Part shown: positions 14,100-29,040 of the stretch, one piece after another
How positions within the stretch are numbered: position 1 is the stretch's first letter
Layout: every line of letters starts with the position of its first letter
The notes under the pieces: generated by a model
Seen by the model: the letters and a program-made list of their open reading frames with translations, nothing else
Told to the model about the DNA's origin: nothing
The model's database searches: none
Translations under genes and position numbers: made by a program
From: Callorhinchus milii
Lineage: Eukaryota
Direction of reading: 5' to 3'
DNA length: 64,000 nucleotides
NCBI RefSeq assembly: GCF_018977255.1
Contig: NW_024704743.1
Span: 104,906,001-104,970,000, forward strand

Positions 14100-14562
14100 T
14101 GTTATAAAAAACTTCATTAAAATGTGGGCTAACTTACTGCATGGTTTTAGGTATGGACCTCAACTTACTCAAAAAATGCAAACTGCACATGCCCATTCCG
14201 CCATTGCTTCAAACACTGGCTGGTGTGTGTTTCCACAAGATATATGGTCAATTCACTTTACAGTATATTCTGTGAAGCGCTTTGAGATATCTCGCTTTGT
14301 GATAAGACACTATATCAAATGCAAGGATTATTATATTATTATCATTAAAGCAAAGGAAATGATGTAGACTGTAACTTAATGTCCCGGAAGTCAACCTCTT
14401 TGGTATTGGGGTGCAATGCACAGTGAATGTGGAAGTGTTGACATGCAATCATGCATCAGTTGGGATTTTATGGATTTCAACTACTGCTTTATAACGGCTC
14501 TCCACTGTATTTGGTAACTTAAAACAGGAAACAGTCTGTTACTGTAATTCGTTTTGCAATTT

Positions 14563-14945
14563 TGTGGAGTCCTGTAGTTTAGTGGTTACAGTACTCGCCT
14601 CGCAAGCATGAGGACCTGAGTTCGATTCCCGGACAGTGCTAAATGTTGGACAAGTTTCCTTATTCCACATGCCTCTGTTTATCTAGCAATAAGTAGGAAC
14701 CCGGTGGTTATTCGATTGGTGGATTACTTTTCCGGGGGTAATAATCCCTTCAAAAACAAAAAATAATTTGGTCACTCAATCCATGACTGTTTGTGGGACA
14801 CTGCTGTGCGCAATTGGCTGCCGCGATTCGCTCATAAAATACAATCAATTCGCTTTACAATATAATCTGTGAAGTGCTTTGAGACATCTCGAAGATGTGA
14901 TAAGGCGTTTTATCAAATGCAAGGATTATTATTATTTATTATTAT
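14563..14945 (+). mobile_element. tRNA-derived SINE, longer-bodied subfamily
   Basis: Same head and tail plus an extra internal segment (gcctctgtttatctagcaataagtaggaacccgg...). Confidence 0.85.
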
Positions 14946-15132
14946 CACAGAAAATTATTGTTTTTCATTCAAAGAAAACAAAGAATCATAGAATCTCACA
15001 GTACATTTGTGCCTGTTCTCTGAAAGTAAATCAATTTCTAAAATACAAACAAGGAGATCTTCAAATTTTATTTTTTATCTGAAGTTAAATGGCTCCATGT
15101 TGCTGCAGAAAATTCATGTTAAGTTTACAGAA

Positions 15133-16790
15133 TACAACAACAAATTGCACTTATATAGCGCCTCCATGCAGGGTAGTGTGTCAGTGCGCTTAACAGTGGC
15201 GGAACCTGACTACGAGCCGCTGGTGGAGGGAGGTGGCCGTATGTACGGTCAAAGAGGAAGGTTTTCAGGCGTGACTTGAAAAAGGAGAGAGGGTGGGCAA
15301 GGCGGAGGGATTGAGGGAGTGTTCCAGAGTTTAAGGGCGTAGTGGCTGAAACCACGACCTCTGATGGTGGGGCAGAGGGTGCGAGGGACGAGCAGGAGGC
15401 CGGTGCCAGTTGAGCAGAGGCGCCGGGTAGTGGATTGGGGAGTGAGGAGGTTGGAGAGGTAGGGAGGTGCCTCAAGAGTGAAGGGATTTGAACACGAGTG
15501 TGAGGATGTTGAAGTTGATCCATTCGGTGATGGGGAGCCAGTGCAGCCTGGCCAGAACTAGTGAGACGTGGGTACAGAGTTTGGTATGGTAAGTATGTGG
15601 GCAGCAGAGTTCTGAATGAGTTGGAGCTATTAAATAGTGGAGCTGGGGGGACCGGCGCGGAGTGCATTTGAGTAAACCAAGTGGGAGGTGACAAACGCAT
15701 GCACAAGGATTTCGGATGCATTTGGGGTAATGAGGTAGGTAATGTGGCGGAGGTGGAAGAAGGCTGTCCTGGTCAGGGACTGGAGGTGGGAGAAGGACAG
15801 TTGGGGGTTGAACCGGATGCCTAGATTGCACTCTGGTTCGGTGAGTCTGAGGGAGAGCCCAGGGAGGTTGAGGAGCTCAGTTCTGCAAGAATGAAGACTC
15901 TGATGGGGGCCAAGGAATATGGATACCATCTTGTCCACATTTAGCTGCAAGAAGTTTGCACTCATCCAGGCCCTAATGTCTGCCAGACAAGCTGATAGAA
16001 TATCGGCGGGCCTGGAGTTGGTACTGGAAGAGGCAAAGTAGGCTTGTGTGTCATCCACATACATGTGGATGTTTATCCCGTGTCTGCGGATGATATCAAC
16101 CAGAGGGAGCACATAGATTAAGGAAAAGAAGAGGGCCAAAGATGGAGCCCTAGGGTTCCCCGCAGGTGACTGGGCGGGAGTGGGAGGAGAAACCATTTGC
16201 CAAGATGAAATGGAGGTGGTTGGTTAAGTAGGACTCAAACCATGCGTGTGTGGTCTCACTAAGGTGGATGAGGGAGGAGAGGCAGTGGAGGAGGGTGGCA
16301 TGGTCAACTGTGTCAAATGCAGAGAGATCCAGGAGGACGAGGAGGCAGAGGGAGCCTTGGTCACAGACAGAAAGAATGTTGTTTGTGACTTTGACAAGCG
16401 CTGTCTCTGTGCTGTGGGCATCACGAAAACCAGACTGCAGGGGCTTGAGGAGGGAGTGGAGGGAGAGGTGTGCCCGAAGTTGACCTGCAACAATGAGTTC
16501 CAGGACTTTGGCAAGAAGGGTAGGTTGGAGATGGGACGGTAGTATGAGAGATTAGAGGGATCGAGGGTGGTATTTTTGAGGAGGGGTGTGATTGACAGAA
16601 GTTTTCAGGCGTGGACAGAGCCTGAGGAGAGAGACTGTTTGACCGTGTCGGCCAGCAGGGGGAGAGAAATGAGGAGTTGAGTGACCAGCATCGGTTTATG
16701 TTTTGAGTGAGCAGAGGTAACTGTTTACCGGGGGGAGCGGGTGAGTTTGGAAACAACCCTGGATTTCAGGGGAGTCAGGGAATTGAAGGT
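15133..16790 (-). mobile_element. Degenerate L2 LINE covering the RT domain to the 3' end
   Basis: HMYVDDTQ (YADD-like) and NFLQLN motifs; frameshifted. Confidence 0.9.
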
Positions 16791-19700
16791 ATGGAGAAAC
16801 GGTCATTCAGTAGATTGATGGCTGCATCAGGAAATTATGTTTAGGCTACATATGGTGTAGTGTGTGCAGTTCTCAGCACTCATTCCAGAACAAATATCAA
16901 AGTCATGGAGATGGTACAGTATTGGTTCAAATAGACGATAACCCAGGCTAAGGGTTTATAGTTTTGAAAATAGGTTCAAAATGGATCAGTTTTCACCGGA
17001 ACAGAGGTTAAACCATTTGAATTTACAACAATACAATCTATGTTTCTATAGAGCATTTCATGTCAGGAGGACATCTCAAAAGCACTGCACAGTTTGTGAA
17101 AGTAAAGACTAAATGGCTTCCTACTATGCTTCCATAACCCACAGCTCAAGGTTCGTCTTTCCTGCCAAGTTCACCTAATCAATGACAATCTTTGTAGGAG
17201 ACGAGCAATAAAATACAATTCCTATAAGTAAGAGATAACGCAAAAATTTGCTCAAACCTGGAATCCTGGCAAAAGACAATTGTCTTGCTGTCTTGGGGAT
17301 AGGCATGGTGATGAAATAAAAATAAAATTAGGAGCTAAGCAGAGTTGGAATCAAAACAGGAAATGGAACTATGTCTGAAAACATATGCAAGACAAACCAA
17401 CTAAAACCAAACCATTGTTTTGCAACAATAGAAACAAATCAGCCAATTAAAATACTTATTAAAAATAATCAGACTGAAATCAAACGAGAATTGGAGTGGC
17501 GTTAATATTACATATAGATTTGACCAACAAATTAACCCTTTACTGAGCAGCAATACTTTCTACAGTTATGGTCTCCAGTTTACTGCCATACACATCTTAA
17601 ATATTTCTAAACCATTGGTCAAAATAATCTTTTTTTTAAGCACTACATTGGCATGTCAGCATAGACTGTATGAGTTCCAAGTCCCGACATGGGGCTTGAA
17701 ACCACAACTGAGGCGAGAATGCTACTAACTGAGCATGGCTGACACACAAAGATAATAAATACTGTGTGTTTTGTATATAAAATGACACGACAGCAAACAG
17801 CAACAGAGAACTGGGACAAATGGCTCATGAACTTGCCCCTGGTTGTAGGTGAGCGAACCCTTGGAAGTTAGGGCAAATTTATTGGCAGATCAATGAGCAC
17901 ATTGAGGATCATGCTGTTCCTCAACTCCAATTTGGTAAGTAATCATTATAATAATAATAATCCTTGCATTTGATATAGTGCTTTTTCACGTCTTCTCGAT
18001 GTCTCAAAGCGCTTCACAGAATATACTGTAAAGTGAATTGACCGTATATTATCATTAACTCTGCTTTGAACTTTTGCATAGAAAGGAAAGAGTTCCAAAT
18101 GGTGACTTCATAGGGCAACGAGTTACCAAATAGGGGAAGCAATAATAATAATCTTTGCAATTGATATAGTGCCTTACAGCATCATTGAAATGTCTCAAAG
18201 TGCTTCACAGCATTTTACCATGAAGGGCAGTGACTGTATTTGTAGGCAAACCCTGCAGCCAATTTGCACGCAGCAATGTCCCACAAATGGCTAAGAGTGA
18301 AGGAATAATTTTATCTGGTTGATCTGTAGTTAACAGAATTTGTTACAATTCCTGTCAGACACAGAAAAAACATTTCAAATCAACATTCCTTACTTAGAGC
18401 ATTATTCTGATGTACCAAGTTGTGCACAACATTGGAGATAATACAAATGAAATGCAACTTTCTCTGTTAAGCAGGCAAAACTGAGATGTGACTTGATTAT
18501 GAAGCATTTGCAAAGTTTGGATTCAGTTATTTTTCTTCTGCTGTGTACCAAAATATGCCACTGAAACTTCTGGTATCTGTGCAATATAATTACCAATATG
18601 AGAAAAAAATCCTGTATATTCATCTACCAAAGGTCTGTAAATCTATCTGGGTCTTAACCCATTTTAAAATGTGGAGATCACATAGAATTATGGAAAATTC
18701 AGTTTCAATTTTTTTTACAGCTCTTAAAAAGAATATGCTTCAAAATTAGGGTTGAATTTAAGAATTATCCACAATTATGCACAATCATAATTTTTAAGAC
18801 AAAATGGTCTTAGAATTTTACTGGATGACCTTTGAAGTCTACATTTCCTCATGGTTGTAGCCTGAAAATTTAAGATCTCCAAGAACTGAAGAAAACCTAC
18901 TTCTAAATTAAGACTTAGACATTCAGAACTTGCATGAATAATCTTACATTTTAACTGTAAGCTTAAGGCAAAGACCGCAAGGATATTTTCAGGCTTCTGA
19001 TCGCATCTTACACTGGACCGTGGTTTGGAATGAGATCCCTAAATAGCTAGCCTATTGTAACAGTCACTAATGTGGCTTTACATTTCAAATAAATCATAGC
19101 TTATAACATGACTCAAACAAACTAGAAACATAGAAGACAAACATTTTAGCTCTACCTTGATGCAAAAAAACCTTTTGATAGCATGAGGTCTACAGCTCCT
19201 TCAAGAGGTTTCTGATTTCTGAAAGGAAAAGATTATACAAAAGTAACATTTGTGACTGATTGAAGGCAATGAATAGAGGACACTATGTTACATAAAATAT
19301 TCTGCTGTTGACAATACAAAAATATTGGCAACAACAGAATAATTGGCTATTTTCAACTAAAATGAACATAGGATTTTACAATAACAATGGAATGAAATTT
19401 ACAATAAACTACAATTAAAGCTTGTGCTTTCCTCAGTGTTTCAAACAAAATTCCCAGCATTCCGAATATGCCCTCTTTAAACAGGTCCAAGGAATGTTTT
19501 GACAATAGGGGTTCAGGCTCAGGGCATTTTTTTAAAAAAAAATCAATCTCCTCCTTTCACTAAAGTGGCCAAAGTCGACCTTTGCATATCGCATTGAGCA
19601 CTCCGACTGCATGGCAAAATAATTGGAAGCTCAGAGAAATAGCTGCTGACACAATGACATACGTAGGAACAGGAATAGATCATTCGGCCCATTGAATTGA

Positions 19701-20732
19701 ATTTGCTCCGACACTTCATTTGTTCATGGCAGCTCTTTATCTTTTTTAATCTATTATTTTGTCATGACATCCAAGCAGCTAATACCTAGTTTACACTAAC
19801 ATAATAGTGGCAATGAAAACAGCCATTAATAATAATAATAATCCTTGCATTTGATATAGCGCTTTTCATGTTCTTCTGGACGTCTCAAAGCGCTTCACAA
19901 GACAAACTCTTGGGATTTTTTTTACACATCATTACTTAGAAAGTTGCAGCCACCTCCCCCCCCCCACCCCTGAATCCAAACTTTGCAAATGCTTCATAAT
20001 TTGTGGGCAAAACGTTTTGATAACAGCAAACCGAAGTCTAATATCAGCTATTGTTGAGGAAGGATCCAAATTTATTGTTTTTGACCAATTTCTTTCCTTT
20101 TGAAGGGTGAAAATATGTTAGTTGGGGAAAAAAGGGAACAATATCTCAAGAAGTGCCTCAGGACAATATGCAAGTCCTAAAGAAAGCCCTTGGATTTGAT
20201 GTTGAGTTCTGATCAGCTCTGAGGTGATCTCTTTACATGCTATGCTGCCAGCCTGGCTCTGTTGGTAACACTCTCTCAAACAGTACAGTGCAACATCAGT
20301 CAACTAAGAAGGCCATAAATTTATGCAGATAACAACGGATATTTAGATAAAATTCCAAAGTCAAGAGTTTAAAACAACACAAGAACAAAGCTCCAGACCT
20401 TTATATCTGTTATGATCTACTAAATAAGATTACAGGCTTGAAATCACTCCCATATATCAGTAGTTTTTATAAACACTATCACTTTAATTAGTTTGCAACC
20501 CAAATTTAATTGTTAGGAAATTATATTAAATAGCTCACATAAAATGAAATCGGCAGATATTTCATGTGCATGTTGCTTATTGAAGATATTTAATTCAAGT
20601 TGTTGGACAAAGGAGGAAGAATACATTGGAGGCCTGTTTATACCGCTGTGACTGTATCTAAATCCCAACGTATTATAATAAAGCACATTAGGGAGTTTTA
20701 TTGTGCATCTGCTCAGCCTTCTCCGTGTATAT

Positions 20733-21087
20733 AATAATTGCATTTGATGTAGCGCCTTATCACATCTTCGAAACGTCTCAAAGCACTTCACAGAATGTAT
20801 TGTAAAGCGAATAGACTATTTTGTGGGCAAAACGCAGCAACCAATTGCGCACAGCAGCGTCCCACAAACAGTCATGGATTCAAGTGACCAATTTTTTTAA
20901 GGAATTATTACCTCCATAAAGGTGATCTGCTAATTGACTAACAACCAGGTTTTACGTATTGCTAGGTAAACAGAGGTGTGTGTGTGTGGAGTAAGGAAAC
21001 TTGCCCAATATTTTGCCCTGCCGGGAATCAAACCCATTTCTCTCGCTTGCGTGGCGATTGCTCTAACCACTGAGCTACAGGACTTCA
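20733..21087 (-). mobile_element. tRNA-derived SINE, longer-bodied subfamily
   Basis: Reverse-complement similarity to 14563-14945. Confidence 0.85.
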
Positions 21088-21439
21088 CTAGTGTACCAGC
21101 TAGATCCCACACTAAAAAATGGTTGACTTCCGGTCATTATCTTACCACTGACATCACACAAAAAATAGTAAGAGACAACAACAACAACAACCTGATGAAC
21201 TGGAAGCCAGCCATGTTTTTTAGCGTGGAAAGCTAAAATTATCAACTTCCAGGTAATCAGATCTCTGTTGATGCACTTTCTGATGCTATGTGTACACCAC
21301 AGGAAGTGATATCTGTAGTAATCTAATGACCCAGATGTTGGCCAGTTCAGTGTGAGAACCAGTTGGTCAGCAGGCTGCATGTGCAAATGCACACTAAATG
21401 GTGTGCAACCATATAATAACCAAATCTGCACCGTCTCTG

Positions 21440-22125
21440 AGGTGTTTAAAATTATCAAAGGATTTGATAAAATTAGCATAAATAGGCTGTTTCAATGGTT
21501 GGGGAGTCCTTAACCAGGGGACAAGTATAAGATAGTGACTGGGGGAATCTAAAGAGAAGTTAGGAGGAACTACTTCACTAGAACTCACTGTGGTTGAATC
21601 AGATAGTACAGATGCATTCAAGAAGATGCAAGACCTTCACATAATGGAGAGGGGAATAGAACAACAACAAATTATGTTTGTATAGTGCTTTTCACATCAG
21701 GAGTATGTCCCAAGGCAGTCAGGGATCCACACTGCTGGTGATTGGGATCAGGAGGATGGGGAGAAGGGGGTAGGGGTCGAAGAGTGACCGGAGGCACAGT
21801 CGAAGGGGAGGGTCTTTAGACGGGCTTTGAAGGAGCAAGGGAGGGGGCAAGGCAGAGGGACTGTGGGATGGAGTTCCAGAGGGTGAGGGCAGAGAAGGCC
21901 CACCTGCCAATAGTGGGGCAGGCAAAGCCGGGGACGTGAAGCAGGCCAGAGCCCGCTGAGCGAAGGGAATGGACAGGTTGGTAGGGGGTTAGGAGGTCAC
22001 AGAGGTAGTGAATAGCATGCCCGTGGAAGTGTATGTTAGGGAGTAATGAATGGGTGGAGACTCATGTGGAGTTTAAACACGTGGGAGACTGATTGCGCAA
22101 AGTGGCCCATTTCTGTGCTGTTCAT
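21440..22125. mobile_element. CR1-like LINE 3' remnant (+) interrupted by an L2 3' fragment (about 21660-22010, -)
   Basis: gaggtgtttaaaattatcaaaggatttgata ... tggcccatttctgtgctg flank an L2 tail fragment. Confidence 0.65.
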
Positions 22126-24204
22126 TCCTCATAAACCTTTATAATAAGTCTTTATAAAAGGAGCACATTATAAAGGAATTGCACTGTATTTAGCTAAAAT
22201 CTCCAACTGTACTGGGAAAAAGTTATACATTCCTCACTAGGAGGCTTCTTCCCAACATCTACTGTTGGTATTTTGTTTTAAAAAAGTAAAGCATTCAGTC
22301 AGAATGTGAAAAAATTGTGTGAGTAAAATCAATCAAAATGCCCCCTCCCCACCACATGTATATAAAAACAGGGCAAATTTAAAGAATTTCCATTTGATAG
22401 ATATTTCAGTGAGATAACGTTAAATATTTCAATGGTAATTATCTGATACGTTTTTTTGGAAGAAAACATGGCAGCAAGGTCCCACCCAGAGGCATAAGGT
22501 GAATGACTAATTAATCATTACAACAACAACAAAATTACATTTGTATAGCGCCTTTCACGTCGGGAAACTCCCTTTTCTTTTTAATAATGTTATTGGATTT
22601 TTGATGTTCATCTTAAGTAGATGGTACTGTAGCTCTGACATGCAGTGCTCCCCCAATATGGCACCGGAGTGTCCAGCAAGACGACAAGCTCTAGTACTGG
22701 TAAATGCGACTTAAACCCACATCCTACCTATCCAGAGCCAAGAAAGCCACTAACTGAGCCGAGATCCTACCAAAACAGTCAGCCTTTGTCAAAAAAATAT
22801 ATTCTTACTCAATAAGTTGATGATGATTCTGATGATAGTTAATTAAAACCTCAAAGTGCAGGGACTTCAAGTATAAAAGCCAAGTGCCACATCCTGTCTC
22901 AGGCGGCTTTGCACTATTTCTGACATGCACCAGTAGTCGAAATGGTTGTATCTGAACCCAAATAGCTGCAGGAAGTAAAATGTTGAACTTCAAAGGGAAT
23001 TAAAATTGATTTATAAACTGTGAAACCTTTCATTGGAAACCATTTCATTCATGGGATCACTCTGTATTTATTATAGGAAATGCATGTTGAAATAGTGTCT
23101 GTTTTCTTTATTTGAAAATAAATAAAAAGTTACCACCAAAAACTGGGTTACGTTGTCCTTTTCACTTCTGCAAATAAATCCAGCTTTGAATAAACATTAA
23201 ATGTTGCCGACTTTGTAGGACAAAGCTTAAAATTGGCAAGCAACTGGCATTCCTACATCTTTTTACCAACACCGTAAGCTCCCAGTGAATACATATTTGA
23301 AAGGATTCAGCGTTAGTAATTGATGACACAAACATGTTGGAAGAAATGTGTTCGGAGGCAAAATGTGTCAAAGGTCTATATTCAGGCATGAAACTGTTAC
23401 TATGTAACTATCTCCACAAGTAGCGATTGATATAGCAAGGCAGTTAACTTTACAAAACATAAACAAAGAATAACTGAGCTGGGAGCACACTCCAGTACAA
23501 GCTTTAACAGTAACACAGGATTTGGATGCCTTCACAAAACCATTCATTTGCTATTTCTCATTTGTAAGATCATCCAATGCTTTCGATTACAGCACAGCAC
23601 ACCACGTGAAGGGCACTATATGAATGCAAGTTGTTCTTGTAGCTTTCTTCTCCCAGGTCCAGTGAGCGAGCCATTATTTTTTGTTCATAAATAATCTCTA
23701 ATTATACAGCACAATACGGTATTATGATTTTTTTTCACAGATTCACTTTAATGGATTAAGAAATCCTAAGAGTTTCTATGTACAATGTGCAGCACGATTA
23801 AGAAACAATAGTGAGACTATACCCAAGTGAGAAGGGTTTTGGAAAGAGGATGAGGACGGATGGAGGCTAAACACAGAGACTGACCAGTTGGGTCAAATGG
23901 CCCGTTTCCATGCTGGAAGTCTATGTATGTAGTTTAATTACTGTTTTAAAATATAAAACCTGATGTTTAGTCAAAGTAGTGGGGTCAATAAAAAAAAATC
24001 CTCTTTAAAGCAGTAAAATTAATGACTGGTGCCTCGCCACTGGAAAACGCTTTGTGACAAACTGCATCTTTTGCAGGAAACTGCATGTGCCAACCTGAGA
24101 CACCCCAGCTCCAACTGGATATTGATTAATTACCACTCATGACTTAGGATTTAACCATGCATAATGATGGAAATTGTGCTGGTCAGGAAAGTAAGAATAA
24201 TTCC

Positions 24205-24490
24205 TCAGGTGTCAGCTTGGTTCGGTTCATAGCCACTGTCACCACTGGGTCAGAAGGTTATGGATTCAAGCCATACATCAGACCTTCAGTTCATAGTCCA
24301 GACTGACTGCAGTACCAGGGATGTGCTGTATTGTCAGACGTACTAATATTTAACCAAGGTTCCAATTCATGTGAAAGATCCCAAGACACGACTCAAAAAG
24401 AAGTGAATCGTTGCTGGTATCTTGGTCTACAAATAAATTTCTTTCATGGCTGTTTGTGGGGCCTCGCCGTGTGAAAAATGGCTTGCCATA
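24205..24490 (+). mobile_element. Old DeuSINE (SacSINE1/AmnSINE1-like) remnant; similar remnants at about 22570-22762(-), 27540-27750(-), 40880-41030(+), 50975-51400(-), 57840-58280(+) and 59340-59905(-)
   Basis: Recurrent motifs gtcagaaggtt.tgg.ttcaag, cagtac...gtgctg.attgtcag and gtttgtggga..ttgctgtg resemble the Deu domain as recalled; not database-checked. Confidence 0.6.
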
Positions 24491-25651
24491 CAGGCCTACT
24501 GCTTTGCACTTGACAGCAGTTCCCGGTTAAGCACATTGATTAATTTAACTAATTAATGTAATTAATATGATCAAACAGTAGCAACAGACACATCAATACA
24601 ACCATTTTAAAAAAGTTGAGAAGTTGACAAATTGAAAGCATATTAAAATCCTTTTTTTTGTCCATTTTGATATTACAGTGCTTGCTGTGTAAGTCATTGT
24701 TGTGGTTTCTATCTTAAAGCTGAAATGAACACGATTCTTTTAGCCCAACGAGGTGGAAGAAGTAGTCCAATGCTACAGAAAATTTTCTAGATGGTTTGTA
24801 ATGATAATTTTAACTTTTTTTGCAGCAGGACCCTGCTCTTCATCATATTCCTCACTCTTTGCTAGGGAAGCAGAAATTAAAATTTTAAAGGACAATGCCA
24901 GTGGTCTAGAAATCCCACATTACAATGATCTCTGCTACCAAAAGCACAAACAACTCAAAATAGCATGGAATGGAAGCGGACTTCCTTAGCTCCCACCTAG
25001 GAATAGTAACATTGAATATGAGGTATTGTCACTTTAAACTTATACTGGAGTCAAGAGGAAGTGAATGGTATTATGATGAACTGAACTTTTCTTTCACCAG
25101 ATCAACCACAACCGGATGCAAGAATTGGCAGGTACACTTTAGCTGTAAAAAACACTTGAGACGTTACTGAAGGTACAAGCTAAATATTCACAAACACATC
25201 TTTAATGCACCAAATACATGAAAACATGCATTCAATTTTTTTTTGAAACTCAGTAAAGCTGTTACTAGTTCTGTTCACAATTTAGTCAGTTATTAGGAGG
25301 CACTAGTTCCTGGCTTGCATTTTTGGAGGAACTAACACATCAACACCATTAATTTGTTACAATTTTGTAAAAGTGCATATGCTTAGTTGTGAGTAATCAT
25401 TCTTCAGTGTAAAATAAAATAACCTTTACATTGAATACAGCACCTTTTCACATCGTAGAGATGTCTCAAAGCACTTCACGGGATTTACTGTAAAGTATAG
25501 TGACTGTGCATTTTGTAGTTAAATGCAGCAGTCAATTTGCACACAGCAATGTCCCCAAGAAAAATTAGCTGAAGTAAAAACCCTGAATTAAAAATAAGTT
25601 TCAACAATCTTATTTGAAACAAAACCATAAAAATAGAATTTTTTTTAACAT

Positions 25652-27452
25652 ACAACAACAGCAAAATTGCATTTGTATAGCGCCTTTCATGTCAGGAAGA
25701 CGTCCCAAGGCACTGGACAGACAGAGTTTTGGACCCAAGCTGGGGGTCGGGATTGGGGAGGGTGAGGGGGGGAAGCAGGGTGATCGAAAGGAGGGTCTTG
25801 AGATGGGTCTTGAAGGAGGCAAGGGAGGGGATGAGGTGGAGGGAATGCAGGATGGAGTTCCAGAGGGCGGGGGCAGAGTGGCAGAAGGCTTGCCCGCCAA
25901 TGGTGGGGCGGGTGAGGTAGGGGACGTGAAGTAGGCTGGAGCCCTCTGAGTGGAGGGAGCGGGCAGGATGGTAGGGGGTTAAGGTCACAGAAGTAGGGGG
26001 GAGCAAGGCCATGAAAGGCTTTGAAGGTGGGGACCAGAATGTTGAACTATATCTTCTGTGGATGGGAAGCCAGTGGAGTTGGGTGAGGATGGGATGATAG
26101 GGTCACAGAGCCTGGTACGGGAGAGGACACGGCTACAGCGTTCTGGAAGATCTGCAGCCTATGGAGGGAGGGGTTTCGGAGGCCGACAAGCAAGGAGTTT
26201 GTATAGTCAAGCCTCAATGTTATGAATGCATGTATGAGGGTATTGGTGGCCTGCGGTGTGAGAGTGGTGGAGCCAGGTGATGTTGCGGAGGTGGGGGAAG
26301 GCAGAGCAGGTCATGGCACGGATGTAGGGTAGAAATGATAGTTGAGGGTCAACAAGGCACCAAGGTTTGGACTGGCTTAGTAAGGTGTGCAACCATGGAT
26401 GGTGATGCTCTCAGCGACTGAGGTGTGAAGGGCCGGACGGGAGACAATCAGGAGAGTCTCGATCTTGTTGATGTTCAACTGAAGAAAGTTAGTTCTTATC
26501 CAGGACTTGGTGTCTGCCAGACATTCTGTCAGGACAGCAGTGGTCCTGGTGTCAAGGGTGGAGGCAGAGAGCTCCAGTTGGGCGTCATCCACATACATGT
26601 GGAAGTTGACCCCATGTCTGCATATGATGTCACCAAGAGGGAGCATATAGATGTTGAAGAGGAGGGGACCAAGGACAGAGCCCTGAGGAACGCCGCACGC
26701 GACGGTGTGGGGGCTAGAGGAGAAAACAGTTGTGGAGGTGGTATGAGAGGTACGATCTGAACCATTCAAGGACAGAAGTGTGAAGGTTGAGGTGAAAGGC
26801 GGTTAATGAGGATAGAGTGGTCAACAGTATCAAAGGCAGCAGGGAGGTTGAGGAGGACGGGGGAGACAGAGGGAGCCCTGGTCGCAGATGGACAGAATGT
26901 CATTTATCACTTTGGCCAGGGCTGTTTCTGTGCTGTGGGCAGCACGGAAACCCGATTGGAGGGGGTTCGTGAAGGGAGTTGTGGGAGAGGAAGGAGCGAA
27001 GTTGGGAGGAGCGAAGCAATGACTCGTTCCAGGACCTTGGAAAGGAAAGGGAGGTTGGGGATGGGGCAGTAGTTTGAGAACAGGAATGGATCCAGGGAGG
27101 TTTTTTTTAAAAGAATAGAAGTGATGATGGCTGTTTTTAAAGGGGTGGGAATGGTACCACTGGACAGGGAGAGATTTATCATGTCTGTGAGTAGAGGGGC
27201 AAGGAGGTGGAGCTGGGAGGTAAGGAGAGTGGTAGGGATGGGGTTGAGGGAGCAGGTGGTCGGTTTCATGTGGGTTACAGGGTGAAAAGATAGGATTAGG
27301 AGACAGGTTAAAATGTGTGGAGGGAGGGATGGGTAGGGGCCGGGCTGAGAGGGAGAAATGGGGAGGGGGTAATAGATGGAAGGGCAGAGGAGTTGAGTGG
27401 ATCCCCTCGACTTTGTATTCGAGGAAGTCCAAACTGTCAGCAGACTGAAGCA
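25652..27452 (-). mobile_element. Degenerate L2 LINE (RT domain)
   Basis: Motifs [50 protein letters not shown] and YVDD. Confidence 0.93.
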
Positions 27453-28687
27453 TCTTAAATCACTTTATGTTAATTACTGTCAAATACAGTGAATCCTTTT
27501 ATAGGTAAAGAGGCAACCATTTTCTCAAAGCATGAACCCCCGCATAGCCACAGAGCAGATTTTATCTGGAGGATTGTTGGCCATGACACTGGAGGAAACT
27601 CCACTCTCTTTCAATGTGCCATAGTAGCTTTGATATCCAACTGAACATTCAAATTACTCTCTGGATTAAAATCTCACCCGAAGGACAGCTTCTCTGACAT
27701 TACAAGCTGGCCCAATACTGAATTCGAACATCAACCTTGGACTATGAGCTCAAGTTTCATTTTCCACTGCGACACAAATTTCCAAACTTCCACTCTATTT
27801 TTAATAAACTCATTTGTTTTTCAAGTTCTAATCAAAGGGAAAAAGTGTAAACAGTCTCATTACTGAACACCGATAATCCACGCCGACCTTCAGTATTACT
27901 GTATCTGCTTCCTGATTCATCTTATGTGGTTAGTTATAAATCTCGAGTCAGAAAATAAAAGTAGGAAGATTTGGACTTCACTGCATTACTCCAAGATTTT
28001 TGCGAAACTTTCATGACCCACTTTTCAAGACATTGAGGTTCAAAGCTGAAACTTGTAGTCTGGCATTGGAAGTGAACTCCACTCTTGCCAACAGCATCCC
28101 TTTTGTGAGACCAAAAGGCTGAATTTTCAAACATACTTTTAAAAAAATTCAGTGTTTTACATTGATTTACACATTTTTCACTGAAATTACAATTTGCATT
28201 TAACATGTAGGTCTACGCCACTATTCAGCTTGTGGACTAACGGCAGGGACACCAAATGTTACATTTCTCCATTGTTCTCCCCAACTACACTGAGTTTCCA
28301 CTGTCATGCCAGTCTGCCCCCCACCACTTATTTAAATAACCACCAGTACTTCAACTCAGAAAAATGAGCACAAATTGGAGGGAGGGGCAGACAGATGAGA
28401 TCCTCAGAACCAATGCATTTCAATGAGTTCACAACACTGCACAAAGGAAATAGGAAGAGCAACAGGAAAGAGATATAGTACTGGCTTTTAATAGCGCATT
28501 TTTGAACACATCATGAGAAATTGGAAATGTACGTATTTTCTCCTCTACCTCCTGTACTACAACATGTTTTGCACCAAAATGAATGGGCTACTTTGCCTCT
28601 GTAGACCTTTGCTCAATTAAATTCCCAGTAGCAAGCAGATTTCCACGTTGCCTAGCATTCTTTTCAGTCATCTGAAATATGAATATC

Positions 28688-29040
28688 TGAGTCCTGTAGA
28701 TTAGTGATTAAAGCACTCGCCTTGGTTTGAGTCCTGGGTTCGATTCCTGTGCAGGGCAAAACTTTGGACAGGTTTCTTTACTCCACTTGCCTGTTTACCT
28801 AGCAGTAAGTAGGAGCCCAGTGGTTAATCGATTAGCGAATTGTTTTTCTGGGAGTGATAATCCCTTCAAAAAAACAATAATATGGTCACTCAATCCACGA
28901 CTGTTTGTGGGACACTGCTGTGTGCAATTGGCTGCCATGTTTCATCCATAAAATATACAGTCAATTCACTTTAGAGTATATTCTATGAAGTGCTTTGAGG
29001 TGATAAGGCTCTATATCAAATGCAAGGATTATTATTATAA
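28688..29040 (+). mobile_element. tRNA-derived SINE, longer-bodied subfamily
   Basis: Head gagtcctgtag...gggttcgattcc; tail caaatgcaaggattattatta. Confidence 0.85.
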
